A stretch of DNA of 64,000 nt from Planctomycetota bacterium (GTDB lineage Bacteria; Planctomycetota; B15-G4), in assembly GCA_965248575.1 (NCBI GenBank), contig CBDFJQ010000002.1:1536001-1600000 (forward strand), given 5' to 3'. The first letter of the stretch is position 1, and each line of letters starts with the position of its first letter. Both the position numbers and the translations under genes were made by a program. Positions 45,255 through 55,372 of the stretch are shown in pieces. Under the pieces are notes generated by a model that was not told where the DNA came from, ran no database searches, and saw nothing but the letters and a program-made list of their open reading frames with translations.

Positions 45255-47201
45255 CTAGTCACGGGCTGGCTGCTGGTCCTCTGGCTCAGGCGCTGGATCC
45301 AATCCTGGGTACAACGGGGGCTCGCTGGTCGGCGCGGGTGCCTGTGGCTCCGGCGCCGACTGCTGCGGCTGTGGTTGTGCAGCCGGGATCGGAGTATCCG
45401 AGGGCAGGCCCCCAGGAGGCGTGAAGAAGGGGTCGTCCGGCAACTCATCGATGGCAAAGTCGTCGATGTCCGGCTCGCGCGGGGAAGTCGTCTCGGGCTC
45501 CATGCCGATGGGTGCGCCCTTCTTACCGCGGAAGGACTCTTCGAAGGGATCGGGAATCTCCGGAGCCTCGGAGGCTTCCACCGTCTCCCACTCCTCCTCG
45601 AACACTTCCGGCCCAAGCCCAGGCTCCACGTCGGGAACGATTTGCGGCTGCAGCTCCACGGACAGGCCGATGGCAGGGCTCGACGCGTCCTGCGGGACCT
45701 CGCTATCGCCTGCGACAGAAGCATCAAGCAAGCCGTCGAACTCGCAGACGGCCTCTTCGCTCTCTTCCACCTCTTCGCCGGAGCGGGCATCGACCAACCA
45801 CATGATCATGCAGGCTGCCGACGTGGCGATGGCCGAACCACCGGGGCCGAGGCGCGGCTGCAGGAAGATGATGCCCATCACCTGTAGGCCCAGTGTGATG
45901 GCCAACGTGCCCCAGTTGGTTCCCTTGAGACCACAGGCCGAGTGACGCACCAAGCTGGCGGCAAGCAGTGCTACGGAGCCCACCATGAGCGTCGCCGCCC
46001 GGCACATATCAGCCGCCGGAACGCCGAACAACATGAGCTCACCACCCAGGGCCGGCCCCAGCAGGAAAGAACGCCCACCCAGTTCAGTGGCGATCAGCGA
46101 GCCGCCTCCCACGGGGGTGAAGGTCTCGTGCAAGCCCGACATGAATCCGCCGGGTGCATACATCCAGGAGAGGGCCATCGGACCGACCAGCAACCACACA
46201 CCCAAGGCACCCAGCGCGATGGTCCTCGACTGCTGCGAACCTGGGCGACCGTCCACGCGATCGAGGGAACTCGCCACCAAGGCAGCCGCGGGGACCAGGG
46301 GAATCAGCATCATCAGGGCCAACAGCCCGGTCCAGGTCGCCTCGTCAGCCAGCGCCTGGCCGCGAGCGCCCACGGACACGAACATCATGCCCAACAAAGC
46401 GGTCACGCAGAGCAACATGGGCATCACTGCCATGCCAATGGAGCCGGCCTGGACGCGCGGAAACTCGCGCGCCGTCCGGGGGCCCATCTCAGCCGCCTTG
46501 GCAAGGAAGCCCACGATGAGCGTCTGGACCACGCCACCCGCCAGCAACACGAGTGCCACGCCAAGCAGATCTGGCTGCAAGCCTGCGAGGCTCGTTCGCG
46601 TCATCACGAAGAAGGCCGCCAGGTATCCGGGCAGGCCGGCAAGGAACGCAACGAGCTGGCCCTTCGGCTTGATCCCACCGACGTCGGTCCGCAACAGCGA
46701 ACCGCCCAGCACCAGGGCCCAGATTCCGACCGTGAGACCGGTGGAAAGCCAGGTCTTCGCACTCCCCAGCAGATCACCGAGGGTATGGAACTCTTCCATG
46801 GTGAGCAGCGCCATGACCGCACCGATCACGGGCAGCGCCCAGATCAGAGATTGCCGCAAGACGTCGGTGGTCAGCACCATGACCACGGCCACGCCCAAGC
46901 CCAGCACGAGCGTGCTGCGCGTCACCAAGCCCAACATCATGACCGGGACCAGGCACTGCGCGATGAGACCAGGCCGGATGGCCAGCAAGCGCGGCCCCAA
47001 GGCGAAACGTGGGATGTCGACGCCGCCGCGGGCCGGGCAGGCACGCTCCGTCACCGCCACCACCCATGCGTGGGCGAAGATGATGACCATGGCAAGCATG
47101 GCTCGGCTGCCCAGGAAGTGGGGCTCCACATTCGAGGTCAGGACAAGCGCTGAGAAACACAGCGCAAGGCCAGCCAGCCAGGTTCGGTATGCAGTCGACA
47201 T
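45255..47201 (-). CDS. polytopic membrane protein with acidic/Pro-rich disordered C-tail
   Basis: Many hydrophobic segments over ~500 aa, followed by an E/D/P-rich tail; start uncertain. Confidence 0.7.
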   Translation of the reverse strand: MSTAYRTWLAGLALCFSALVLTSNVEPHFLGSRAMLAMVIIFAHAWVVAVTERACPARGGVDIPRFALGPRLLAIRPGLIAQCLVPVMMLGLVTRSTLVLGLGVAVVMVLTTDVLRQSLIWALPVIGAVMALLTMEEFHTLGDLLGSAKTWLSTGLTVGIWALVLGGSLLRTDVGGIKPKGQLVAFLAGLPGYLAAFFVMTRTSLAGLQPDLLGVALVLLAGGVVQTLIVGFLAKAAEMGPRTAREFPRVQAGSIGMAVMPMLLCVTALLGMMFVSVGARGQALADEATWTGLLALMMLIPLVPAAALVASSLDRVDGRPGSQQSRTIALGALGVWLLVGPMALSWMYAPGGFMSGLHETFTPVGGGSLIATELGGRSFLLGPALGGELMLFGVPAADMCRAATLMVGSVALLAASLVRHSACGLKGTNWGTLAITLGLQVMGIIFLQPRLGPGGSAIATSAACMIMWLVDARSGEEVEESEEAVCEFDGLLDASVAGDSEVPQDASSPAIGLSVELQPQIVPDVEPGLGPEVFEEEWETVEASEAPEIPDPFEESFRGKKGAPIGMEPETTSPREPDIDDFAIDELPDDPFFTPPGGLPSDTPIPAAQPQPQQSAPEPQAPAPTSEPPLYPGLDPAPEPEDQQPARD

Positions 47202-47320
47202 GAGCTCGGGCCCAGAGGGAGACGAGAGTGCGTCTCCGCATATCGGCAGATTGGGGGCCGAAAGTGCGCCCAATCAGCGGATCTCCAGCCCAGAAAGGCC
47301 TCAGCGACTCAAAACAGCTC

Positions 47321-48751
47321 TCAAGGGGCCGTCGAGTCTGGTCCCGAGAAGCGCTTCAACTCGGCCTGGAGCCTCCCGACCACGTCTTCCCAGCCTTCGC
47401 TGCGCAACAGCTCGCCCAACCCGGCTTCGCGCAGGTCGAAGGCGTGCTGGCGTCGCAGGAGCTGCTCCTGCCGATGCCCGGCTTCGGCGCTCGAGAGAGG
47501 TGCAATAGGCGTCACACCCTCACGCACCTGGCGGAACACATCCCGGAGTACATCGACATGGGCTGTGCTGTCCAGGGTGGCGGGCGCCGGCCCAGCGCAC
47601 ATCCGTGCCCGCAAGCCAGGGTCGCTGGCAAGCCCAGTCAAGGCCTTGGCCAGCGCCGGCACATCGCCGCGCGGAAAGAGCTGCATGCGGGCGGTGGCGC
47701 GATCGCTCAGGGCCCCCAGGTCCGTCGCGAGCACCGGAATGCCCAGGCTGCCCGCTTCGTCCAAGGTGAACGAGTAGGACTCCGCACACAACGTCGGCAA
47801 GACCACAGCGTCGAGCGGAGTCCCTGACAAGTCGTTGGGTTGGAAGGCACCGTGCCACACCACGTCGCGATCGCCGGCGCGCTCGCGCACGGCCAACTCC
47901 ATCGCTTCATCGGGCGCTTCCCCCCACACGTGCAGCTGCACACAACGAGGGTCCGCCAGCGCCGCCTGGGCATCCAGCAAGACCTCCACGCCCTTCAGGG
48001 GGTGGAGGTGCCCGAAGGTCCCGACTCTCAGCGGATCGCTCGCAGACGCCACGCGGTCCGCCAAGGGCCGCGTGGCTGGCTGGGAAACACGGCTCCCGGC
48101 AGGTGGTAGCGCATGGATCGGACGCTCCACCCCCAGCCAATTCATGATGCGCCGCCCATGGCCCTCGGTTGGCGCCACCAAGGCTGTCGCCGCAAGCACC
48201 TCGGCGCGCAGGTCGGCCACGAACATCTCCAGCGAGGCCTGGATCTCTGCGTCGCCCTGGAACCGCCATCGAGGGGCACAGTGCAGGCAGGCCTCCACAC
48301 CGGGCGATTCGCTGCAGAAGCTGTCGTCCTCCCGCACGCGGTGGTAGCGCGGGCACGAGGCGAAGAGGTCGTGCAACGAAAGCACCGTGGGGATCCCACG
48401 GGCCGTGGCCGTGCGCACGAGGGTCGTGCTCAGGCGGGCCCAGTGGTGGATGTGCAGGACCTCAGGTTGGAACCCATCCAGCCATTCGCCGAAGGCGGCT
48501 TCGACGTAGGGGTTCTCCAACTTGTCCCAACGCTCGAAGAAGAGATCGGAGCGATGAAAGCGGGTGACGGGGACCGCCCCCGACTCATCCCGCACCACGG
48601 CCCGCTCGGGTCGCCACTCGATGGAGCCGGCGAACACCTCGACCGTGTCGCCTGCCGTAGCGAGGGAGGCTCCCAACTCTGCCACCAGGCGCTCTGTGCC
48701 CCCCACCAACTCCGGCGGGTGCCCGTGGACGACGAGGCCGACCCGGGTCAC
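47321..48751 (-). CDS. GT4 glycosyltransferase (ExpE7-like, 4-Cys insert)
   Basis: RVGLVVH..PP..GGTE, HDLFASC, KGV, ESYSFTLDEA. Confidence 0.88.
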   Translation of the reverse strand: MTRVGLVVHGHPPELVGGTERLVAELGASLATAGDTVEVFAGSIEWRPERAVVRDESGAVPVTRFHRSDLFFERWDKLENPYVEAAFGEWLDGFQPEVLHIHHWARLSTTLVRTATARGIPTVLSLHDLFASCPRYHRVREDDSFCSESPGVEACLHCAPRWRFQGDAEIQASLEMFVADLRAEVLAATALVAPTEGHGRRIMNWLGVERPIHALPPAGSRVSQPATRPLADRVASASDPLRVGTFGHLHPLKGVEVLLDAQAALADPRCVQLHVWGEAPDEAMELAVRERAGDRDVVWHGAFQPNDLSGTPLDAVVLPTLCAESYSFTLDEAGSLGIPVLATDLGALSDRATARMQLFPRGDVPALAKALTGLASDPGLRARMCAGPAPATLDSTAHVDVLRDVFRQVREGVTPIAPLSSAEAGHRQEQLLRRQHAFDLREAGLGELLRSEGWEDVVGRLQAELKRFSGPDSTAP

Positions 48752-50169
48752 GAGGGTGGCAACCGCCCGCCGTTCCCCATCAGCTCAGTGTAGAGCGTTT
48801 CCATGGACTCCGCGTCATCGGTGATGCTACGCGGGCTGTCCATGCTCACGCTCCACGTGCGCAAGGTCGTCGGGTTCTGGATGACAGAGGCCATGTGGGT
48901 CGTCAGGGCGCTCACATCACCTGCGGGGAAGAGCCGTCCCGAGCGACCGTCCTGGATCAGCTCGGCCATGCCGCCTTGGCCCGAAGCGATCACGGGAACA
49001 CCGGCGGCGAAGGCCTCCTGGATGACCACCGGAGAATTCTCGAGCCACAAGGAGGGCATCACGAGGCAGTCGATCTGCTCGAAGGCGTGGCCGATCTCGG
49101 CACGATCAATGGGGCCATGGAAGGTGACATCCGCCCCCTCGGCCATCTCCCGCAGCATGCGGCCGTACTCGCCGTAGTGCGCATCGCTGCCGTACACGTG
49201 CAGGCAGCAGAGGTCGCGCGGGATCTTGGCGAACGCCTCCATCAGGACGTGCACGCCCTTGTGAGGTGCCAAGGTGCCCACGTAGCCAAACGAGATCTTG
49301 CCGTCGTCTCGTTCGACGTGGTTCAAGTTCTCGAAGGGCGTCGTGTCGATGCCGTAGCGCGACACCCGCAGCTTGTTGCGCGCGATACCCCACTGCACCA
49401 TGCGGTCGGCCACCGTCGACGACGGCGAGAGGAACAAGTCAACCTGTTCGATGAGCAGGTTCACCTTGCGGATGCGGTGCTCCAGCTCCTCGCGGAGATT
49501 CTGGCCGCCGTTGACGCCGCCCGCCTTCGCGGCCTTGCTGGGGTTGTGTGTCTTGCGGGTGCGCAACCACTCGCTGCGATCCTGCGCCCAGTAGACCAAG
49601 GGAGCGAGATCGACGCCGGAGAGTTCGCGGGTCACCTGCATCGCCTTGATCAGGGCCTTCTCAGGCTTGCCCTGGCTGAAGCGGAAGTCCTGCAGGCAGT
49701 TCTCGCAGTCCGTCAGGTTCGGTCCGCTGCAGAGGGAACCATCCGGAAGCAGGAGCTGGCCGAAACGCACGCAGAACAGCCAGAAGTCATTCAACGTCAT
49801 GACCACCCGGGCGCCCGCCGTGCGACTGATGCGCGGGATCCCCAGCGAAAGCAACATCAGGTGCTGCACATGGACGATGTCCGGCTTGAACTCATCGAGC
49901 ACGCGCTGGAAGGCGCCCTCGGCGCGAGGGTTCGCGAAGGTCTCCGAGAACTCCTCGTGATCGAGGTTGTTGACCATGACGTGGCAGGTCAGCCCGCCGA
50001 CTTCGCGCTTGATGATGCTGTAGCTGCGGCGCGACAGGATCTTCTCGGTGCAGAAGATCTCGACGGTGTGGCCGCGGTCCTTCAGCGCTCGCGCCAGGTT
50101 GTAGGTGTAGACCTCGGTTCCCGCCGAGTGATCAGGCAGGAAGAAGTGCACAGGAATCAGGATCTTCAC
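48748..50169 (-). CDS. GT4 glycosyltransferase (ExpE7-like, 4-Cys insert)
   Basis: KILIPVH, AGTE, HKGV, PSLWLENSP.VIQEA. Confidence 0.9.
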   Translation of the reverse strand: MKILIPVHFFLPDHSAGTEVYTYNLARALKDRGHTVEIFCTEKILSRRSYSIIKREVGGLTCHVMVNNLDHEEFSETFANPRAEGAFQRVLDEFKPDIVHVQHLMLLSLGIPRISRTAGARVVMTLNDFWLFCVRFGQLLLPDGSLCSGPNLTDCENCLQDFRFSQGKPEKALIKAMQVTRELSGVDLAPLVYWAQDRSEWLRTRKTHNPSKAAKAGGVNGGQNLREELEHRIRKVNLLIEQVDLFLSPSSTVADRMVQWGIARNKLRVSRYGIDTTPFENLNHVERDDGKISFGYVGTLAPHKGVHVLMEAFAKIPRDLCCLHVYGSDAHYGEYGRMLREMAEGADVTFHGPIDRAEIGHAFEQIDCLVMPSLWLENSPVVIQEAFAAGVPVIASGQGGMAELIQDGRSGRLFPAGDVSALTTHMASVIQNPTTLRTWSVSMDSPRSITDDAESMETLYTELMGNGGRLPPS

Positions 50170-51161
50170 GACGGCCTCCGTGCAAACCGAGCCGCTGTTG
50201 CGGCGTTCACATGCTGGCCGCGAAGGCCGTGATACACACCGATGATTTTTGCCAGCGCGGCCCGCCCGCGTCCGGAGGGCAGCCCGCGCAGGTAAACCAG
50301 CGGCCAGAGCAGGACGTCATAGAAGAAGAGCGCAGCCCAACCACTCCAGCTCCCATGCTTTCTCAGGAAGTGCACCGAGTTCACTGCTGTCATGTACTTG
50401 CGGCCTGCCGAGTATCCACCACCTGTGCTGGAAGACAGAGCATGATACGCCGCGGCAGTGGGCACCACGAACACTCCAAAACCCTGCTCTCTCATGCGCA
50501 GACACCAATCGGCGTCTTCGAGGTAGCAAAAGAACTCCTCGTCCAATTCGCCCACCACTTCCCAGGCCCTGCGGGAGACGAGCATGCAGGTGCCGGGCAC
50601 GTAGTCCCGCGCCACCGGCTCCGCCTGGAGATGTGCTGCGGAGGTCCGTCCGTGGTCCACCAGCTGCGTGACATTGGCCGTGAGGCCAATCCGGCCCCCA
50701 TTCGCCCAGACGCGCTCGGGGTCATCCCGGTAGTAGACGCAGGGGCCCAGTGCGCCGAGGCCCATCTCGGTCTGCGTCTGCAGACTTTCAGTCGCCTTGA
50801 GCAAGCGCGCGAAGAGCTGCGGCTCGGCTACCACATCGCTGTTCATGAGGCACACCCACTCAGCTCCCATCTCGCCGAAGGCATGCCGCATGGCACGGTT
50901 GTTGCCCCCGGCGTAGCCGAGATTCTGCTCGAAGCGCAGCACCGAGAGCTGGGGGTCGGCCGACTCCAAGCGTTCCACGGACCCATCCGTCGAACCATTG
51001 TCGGCCAGCAGCACCCGGGGACGCGGAGCCTCCGCGACATGCAGCGACGCCAGGCACTCCGCTGTCTCCTCACCGCCGTTCCAGTTGAGCACGATGGCCA
51101 CGACGCGAGGGTCGGTGTCCACGGGCAGGCCCACTGGATCTTGGTCGGGGTCGGAGGTCAT
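50166..51161 (-). CDS. GT2 glycosyltransferase
   Basis: IVLNWNG, DNGSTDGS, NLGYAGGNN, MNSD, FFCYLEDADWC; TGATG overlap. Confidence 0.9.
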   Translation of the reverse strand: MTSDPDQDPVGLPVDTDPRVVAIVLNWNGGEETAECLASLHVAEAPRPRVLLADNGSTDGSVERLESADPQLSVLRFEQNLGYAGGNNRAMRHAFGEMGAEWVCLMNSDVVAEPQLFARLLKATESLQTQTEMGLGALGPCVYYRDDPERVWANGGRIGLTANVTQLVDHGRTSAAHLQAEPVARDYVPGTCMLVSRRAWEVVGELDEEFFCYLEDADWCLRMREQGFGVFVVPTAAAYHALSSSTGGGYSAGRKYMTAVNSVHFLRKHGSWSGWAALFFYDVLLWPLVYLRGLPSGRGRAALAKIIGVYHGLRGQHVNAATAARFARRPS

Positions 51162-52309
51162 CAAGACGAGGGGGTCTGGCGAGGGCTTGCCTGGTGGACA
51201 GGCCTGCCGGATTGTCGGGGGAGGAGGCAACCGGCTGCGGCCCACCAGGCTGACAGCATCCCGTTCAGGAGCCGGATGAGTCTAGCCTCCAATCCCCTGC
51301 GCTGAATCACGGGGGAAAAGGTCAGGTCCCGGCAGCCGAGCAGCAGACCGTCGCCCACCACCCGCTGATGTGCGAGTTCCCGACGGAGGCGCCAGGCGCG
51401 GGGAAGGAGCTTCAGGAGAGCCAGTCGTCCCTTGAGATAGTCGCCGAAAACGCCGCGAGAGGCCGCGAACGCGCCCCAAACACAGGCATAGGCGAATCGC
51501 CCGGGCAGGCTCAGGAGCAGCGCCGGCCAGGAGTAGTTCTTCAGCACGAGGTAGGCCCGATTGCGCGCGTGCAGGTAGGCGCGGCGGCCGGGATAGGACG
51601 GTGCGCCGGGCCGAAAGGAAATTCCGGCCGTGCCTTCGCGGTGCAACACGATGGCCTGGGGTACACGCCGCAGGCGGTGGCCGCGGGCTCGAAGGCGGTA
51701 GCTCAGGTCATGGTCTTCGAACAGGATGAAGAAGGCCTCGTCCCAGCCGCCAGCCGACATGACCACTGCCCGGCTCACGAGCAGCGCCATGCTGATCACG
51801 GCGTCCACATCCTCGGCATCGCTGGGCGCACCCTCGACGCGCGCCAGCAGGTTGTCGAGGCACATGATGCCCACGTAGTGCATATCGCCACCGTCGTAGT
51901 GCACCACCTCGGGGTCGTGAGCCAGGACCGCTCGCGGTTGTACGACAGCCACGTCCTCCGAGGCGATCTCAGGCAACAGGCGCAGCAGCGTGTCGCCCTG
52001 CACGATCACGTCGCTGTCGATCTGCAGCACCCACTCGGTGTGCGCTTCTGCGAGCCCCGCATTGCGCGCGGCGCAGGGGCCATCGTTGGTCTCCAGCATC
52101 ACCAACCGTACGGGGCAGGCATGCCGCCTGATCTGCTCGGGGCTCCCGTCCGTGGATGCGTTGTCCACGACGATGATCTCCTCGACCGCGCCCTCCAACT
52201 TCAGCAAGGCCTCCAGGCACTCTTCAATGAAGGCGGCGCCGTTGTAGTTCACCACCGTAACCGTCACCGGGGTCTGCAACACATCGGCGGTCGAGGCCCG
52301 GCCGTTCAT
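51161..52309 (-). CDS. GT2 glycosyltransferase
   Basis: VVNYNG, VDNASTDGS, ARNAG, IDSD, FFILFEDHDL. Confidence 0.9.
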   Translation of the reverse strand: MNGRASTADVLQTPVTVTVVNYNGAAFIEECLEALLKLEGAVEEIIVVDNASTDGSPEQIRRHACPVRLVMLETNDGPCAARNAGLAEAHTEWVLQIDSDVIVQGDTLLRLLPEIASEDVAVVQPRAVLAHDPEVVHYDGGDMHYVGIMCLDNLLARVEGAPSDAEDVDAVISMALLVSRAVVMSAGGWDEAFFILFEDHDLSYRLRARGHRLRRVPQAIVLHREGTAGISFRPGAPSYPGRRAYLHARNRAYLVLKNYSWPALLLSLPGRFAYACVWGAFAASRGVFGDYLKGRLALLKLLPRAWRLRRELAHQRVVGDGLLLGCRDLTFSPVIQRRGLEARLIRLLNGMLSAWWAAAGCLLPRQSGRPVHQASPRQTPSS

Positions 52310-52310
52310 C

Positions 52311-53258
52311 TCAGGCTCCGGGCAAGCGGAAGTCGGGTGAATCCACGAGCTTCCGGTGGGCCAGGCAGTACGGCAGGTTGAGCAGCGCGTTGAGCGTCGC
52401 CTTGATGACGATCAGAGGCGCACCCTCCGTGTCCTTCATGGACTGGGCCAAGCCCATGGTGCCCGTGGCTTCCAGTTCGGCCTCCCCTGCCGAGCCCGTC
52501 GCGTCAGACTGCACGGCGGCTTTTCTGCCCCCGCCCCCGCCCAGGGCCTTGCGCGCCATGCCCCAGGCGACGGCCGCTACGTCGACCCAGCGGCAACTCT
52601 TGAAGGCGTACAACCAGTAATTGCGCACGTGGTAGTAGAGCGACCGCTTGCCGGCCTTCATGCCGAAAGGCGTCGCGTGGTGGATCACTGGCTCGGGGTC
52701 CTGGAGGATGCGGTAGCCCAGCCCCAACACGCGCGCCGACAGGTCGCGCTCATTCCCGTAGATGAAGAACCGTTCGTCGTACCAACCGGCCCGCTCGATG
52801 ACATCCCGCCGGGCCAAGGTGCCGCAACCTCGGAAGGTGGATGCGTAGTAGGCCCCTCGCTCGACCTCGGCCCGTTGATAAGCCTCCGGCATGCCGGGCT
52901 CGATGATGCGGCTGGAGACCATGGCAGTGGTCTCGGGCTCGGCCAGCATCCGGGACTCCAGCAACTCGAGCCAGCGCGGGGTCGCCACCACGTCGTCGTC
53001 CATGATGGCGACGGCCTCGCCACGCGTGAGTTTGAAGCCGATGTTGAAGGTCTCGCAAGCGCCGTAGCCATCGTGGGCGACCTGGGCCACCACCACATCC
53101 GGGTGCTCCCGGCTGAGCATGGCCACCGTGTCGTCGGTGGACGCATTGTCCACCACGACGATCTCGTCGGGGGGACGGGTCCCGCCTTTCAGGGCGGCCA
53201 CATTCGCAGCCACCGCATCGCAGCGATTCCAGGTGGAGATGACCGCAGAGATCTTCAT
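52311..53258 (-). CDS. GT2 glycosyltransferase
   Basis: ISAVISTWNR, VDNASTDDT, MDDD, FFIYGNERDL. Confidence 0.9.
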   Translation of the reverse strand: MKISAVISTWNRCDAVAANVAALKGGTRPPDEIVVVDNASTDDTVAMLSREHPDVVVAQVAHDGYGACETFNIGFKLTRGEAVAIMDDDVVATPRWLELLESRMLAEPETTAMVSSRIIEPGMPEAYQRAEVERGAYYASTFRGCGTLARRDVIERAGWYDERFFIYGNERDLSARVLGLGYRILQDPEPVIHHATPFGMKAGKRSLYYHVRNYWLYAFKSCRWVDVAAVAWGMARKALGGGGGRKAAVQSDATGSAGEAELEATGTMGLAQSMKDTEGAPLIVIKATLNALLNLPYCLAHRKLVDSPDFRLPGA

Positions 53259-53362
53259 CGACGAAGGCGAGCTCAAAGGATTCCGAGTCTACCGATTTCG
53301 GTCCATGGGACGCCCGAGAAGGACTTCCACGCCCTCCCATCGACCGGAGCAGGACTTGAGCT

Positions 53363-54115
53363 TCAGACGCGATTCAACAGCTTCGCCAGCCCATGCAGCT
53401 GGGCCACGATGGCGGGGACGTCCGGGGCCTGCACTTCCATGAACGCTTCGGCATGCGTCACCCCGTTCACATCGACGTTCACCGTGCGTGCACGGTTGCG
53501 CGCATCGACCTTCTCCACGATGTCGATGCGATCCAATTGACTGGCGAAGGCCTCCAACGCCGACCGCTTGAGGGGATTGATGGGCGTGATGTCGAGCAAG
53601 AAGCTGGCCATGCACTCGGCGTTCACCTCGTAGAGCAGGAGCGTGATGTCCCTTCGCTGCCCCAGGGCCTTCACCACGGCATGCAAGGTGGCGACATGGT
53701 CAGGGTGCATCTCGAAGGGCGACGGGGCGTAGATGATCCGGGGCTGCACAAGCTCCACGCACTCCGCGATGCGCGCCGCCAGGCCCTGGTCGTCCGCCAC
53801 CGCGCCATCCTGGGCGTTCAGGCATGAGGCCTCCGTCAAGCCGAGCAGGTGGGCCGCGGTGCGGGACTCAGCCAGGCGTTCCCCAGCATCGCCCGCTGCT
53901 TCGCCCAGGGTCACCAAGGCCACGTGCACGGGGTCGCCCCGCTGCAGGTGCATGACGGCGGCTCCTCCACACCCACAGATCTCGTCGTCGGGGTGCGGGG
54001 CCACGATCAGCACGGGGCCCACCGGAACCCGGGACAGGTCATGCAGAGGAGGGAAGTCCTGAGCCGGACGTCGGTCGGCGGGGCTGCCGTGAGGATCTTC
54101 GGGGGGCATCGACAT
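53363..54115 (-). CDS. PIG-L/LmbE-family deacetylase
   Basis: APHPDDE..GCGG, HPDH, YEV, FASQ, AEAF. Confidence 0.9.
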   Translation of the reverse strand: MSMPPEDPHGSPADRRPAQDFPPLHDLSRVPVGPVLIVAPHPDDEICGCGGAAVMHLQRGDPVHVALVTLGEAAGDAGERLAESRTAAHLLGLTEASCLNAQDGAVADDQGLAARIAECVELVQPRIIYAPSPFEMHPDHVATLHAVVKALGQRRDITLLLYEVNAECMASFLLDITPINPLKRSALEAFASQLDRIDIVEKVDARNRARTVNVDVNGVTHAEAFMEVQAPDVPAIVAQLHGLAKLLNRV

Positions 54116-54118
54116 ACT

Positions 54119-55372
54119 TCAACAAGCCTTCCCGCACGCCTTGATGACGCGCTGGTAAACGGTGTCCACACGCTGAGCGTGGGTCGCGGGGTCGAGCAGG
54201 TCCTCGTGAGCCGCGCGTCGCCAGGTATCCAACGGGTCGCGATCGTCGAGCAGCTGCTTCAGACGGTCTGCCAACGCCTGGGGTTCACCTGCGGGCACCG
54301 TGCAGCCCGCCTGGCCCAGGCTCTCGGGCAGTGCACCACGGTCCGAGGTGATGACCGCTAGCCCCAAGCTGCGGGCCTCCGCCACCACCAGGCCGAAGGT
54401 CTCCTCGGCGCGACTGGGGAACACCGCCAGGTCGGCGCCGGCCGCCAGCTCAGCAAGCTGGTCGCTCTCATAGGCACCGGTGAATTCCACGGGCAGGCCC
54501 CTCGCCAACTCCCGCAGGCGCTCGCCATACGCCGCATCTGTCGCAGCTCCCAGGATCTTCAGACTGAGGCGTTCGTCCGCTACGAGCCGGAGCGCCTGGA
54601 TCAGGTCGTGGACGCCCTTGGCCGGAGCGAGGTGTCCCCAGGTCACAAGCCGAAGTGCGGACGGGTCATTCACGCCGGCATGGGCCGTGGCTGCTCGGAT
54701 CGAATCCACTCGCGGAGCGTGGGGCAGGACCTCCAGCTGACCAGGCGCAAAGAGGCCGCTGCGCTCCCAGCGGTCAGCGACCATCCGGCTCGGCACCAGC
54801 ACGGCGCCCATGGCGGCCGCCTCACGCCTGGCGCCAGCCGTCTTGTCGCGCAGCTCGTGTTCCAGTTGGTCCTTGCCCCCGGGAAAGTCTGGCAGGACAC
54901 AGTCGAAACAGCGCGTATTGGGCAACGGAAAGGCCTGCGCACAGGAGGAACCGTCCGGGCGCGTCAGGAAAAAGCGCGCACAGACCAAGGTGTAGTCGTG
55001 CAGCGTCGCGACAACGGGGTAGCCGGCCTGCGCGATGCGGGAGGCGAGGTCCGCCGAGAGATTCAAGGTGTGGTGTAGGTGCACAACGGCCGGCGCCGCC
55101 TCCTCCAGCAGGCGCAGGACCTGTGCGGTGACGCGCTCCAGGCGTGCGTCCACGGAGTAGTTCTCGTCGGCACGGCGCCGGATGCGCCACACGCTCACCT
55201 GCCCCAACTCGTCACGCACCACGGGTGCTTCGGCATCGCGCAGCTCGGACCCGGTGATGACGAGGGGCTCGTCGCCCCGCGCCAGCTGCTCCGCAGCCAG
55301 ACTCTCCACGCAAGCCTCGGTCCCGCCCCGGAACTCGGGCGGGTAGTTGTGCACCAGGTGCACGACTCTCAC
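54119..55372 (-). CDS. GT4 glycosyltransferase (ExpE7-like, 4-Cys insert)
   Basis: RVVHLVH.YPP..GGTE, HDYTLVC, KGV, EETFGLVVAEA; GTGA overlap. Confidence 0.88.
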   Translation of the reverse strand: MRVVHLVHNYPPEFRGGTEACVESLAAEQLARGDEPLVITGSELRDAEAPVVRDELGQVSVWRIRRRADENYSVDARLERVTAQVLRLLEEAAPAVVHLHHTLNLSADLASRIAQAGYPVVATLHDYTLVCARFFLTRPDGSSCAQAFPLPNTRCFDCVLPDFPGGKDQLEHELRDKTAGARREAAAMGAVLVPSRMVADRWERSGLFAPGQLEVLPHAPRVDSIRAATAHAGVNDPSALRLVTWGHLAPAKGVHDLIQALRLVADERLSLKILGAATDAAYGERLRELARGLPVEFTGAYESDQLAELAAGADLAVFPSRAEETFGLVVAEARSLGLAVITSDRGALPESLGQAGCTVPAGEPQALADRLKQLLDDRDPLDTWRRAAHEDLLDPATHAQRVDTVYQRVIKACGKAC

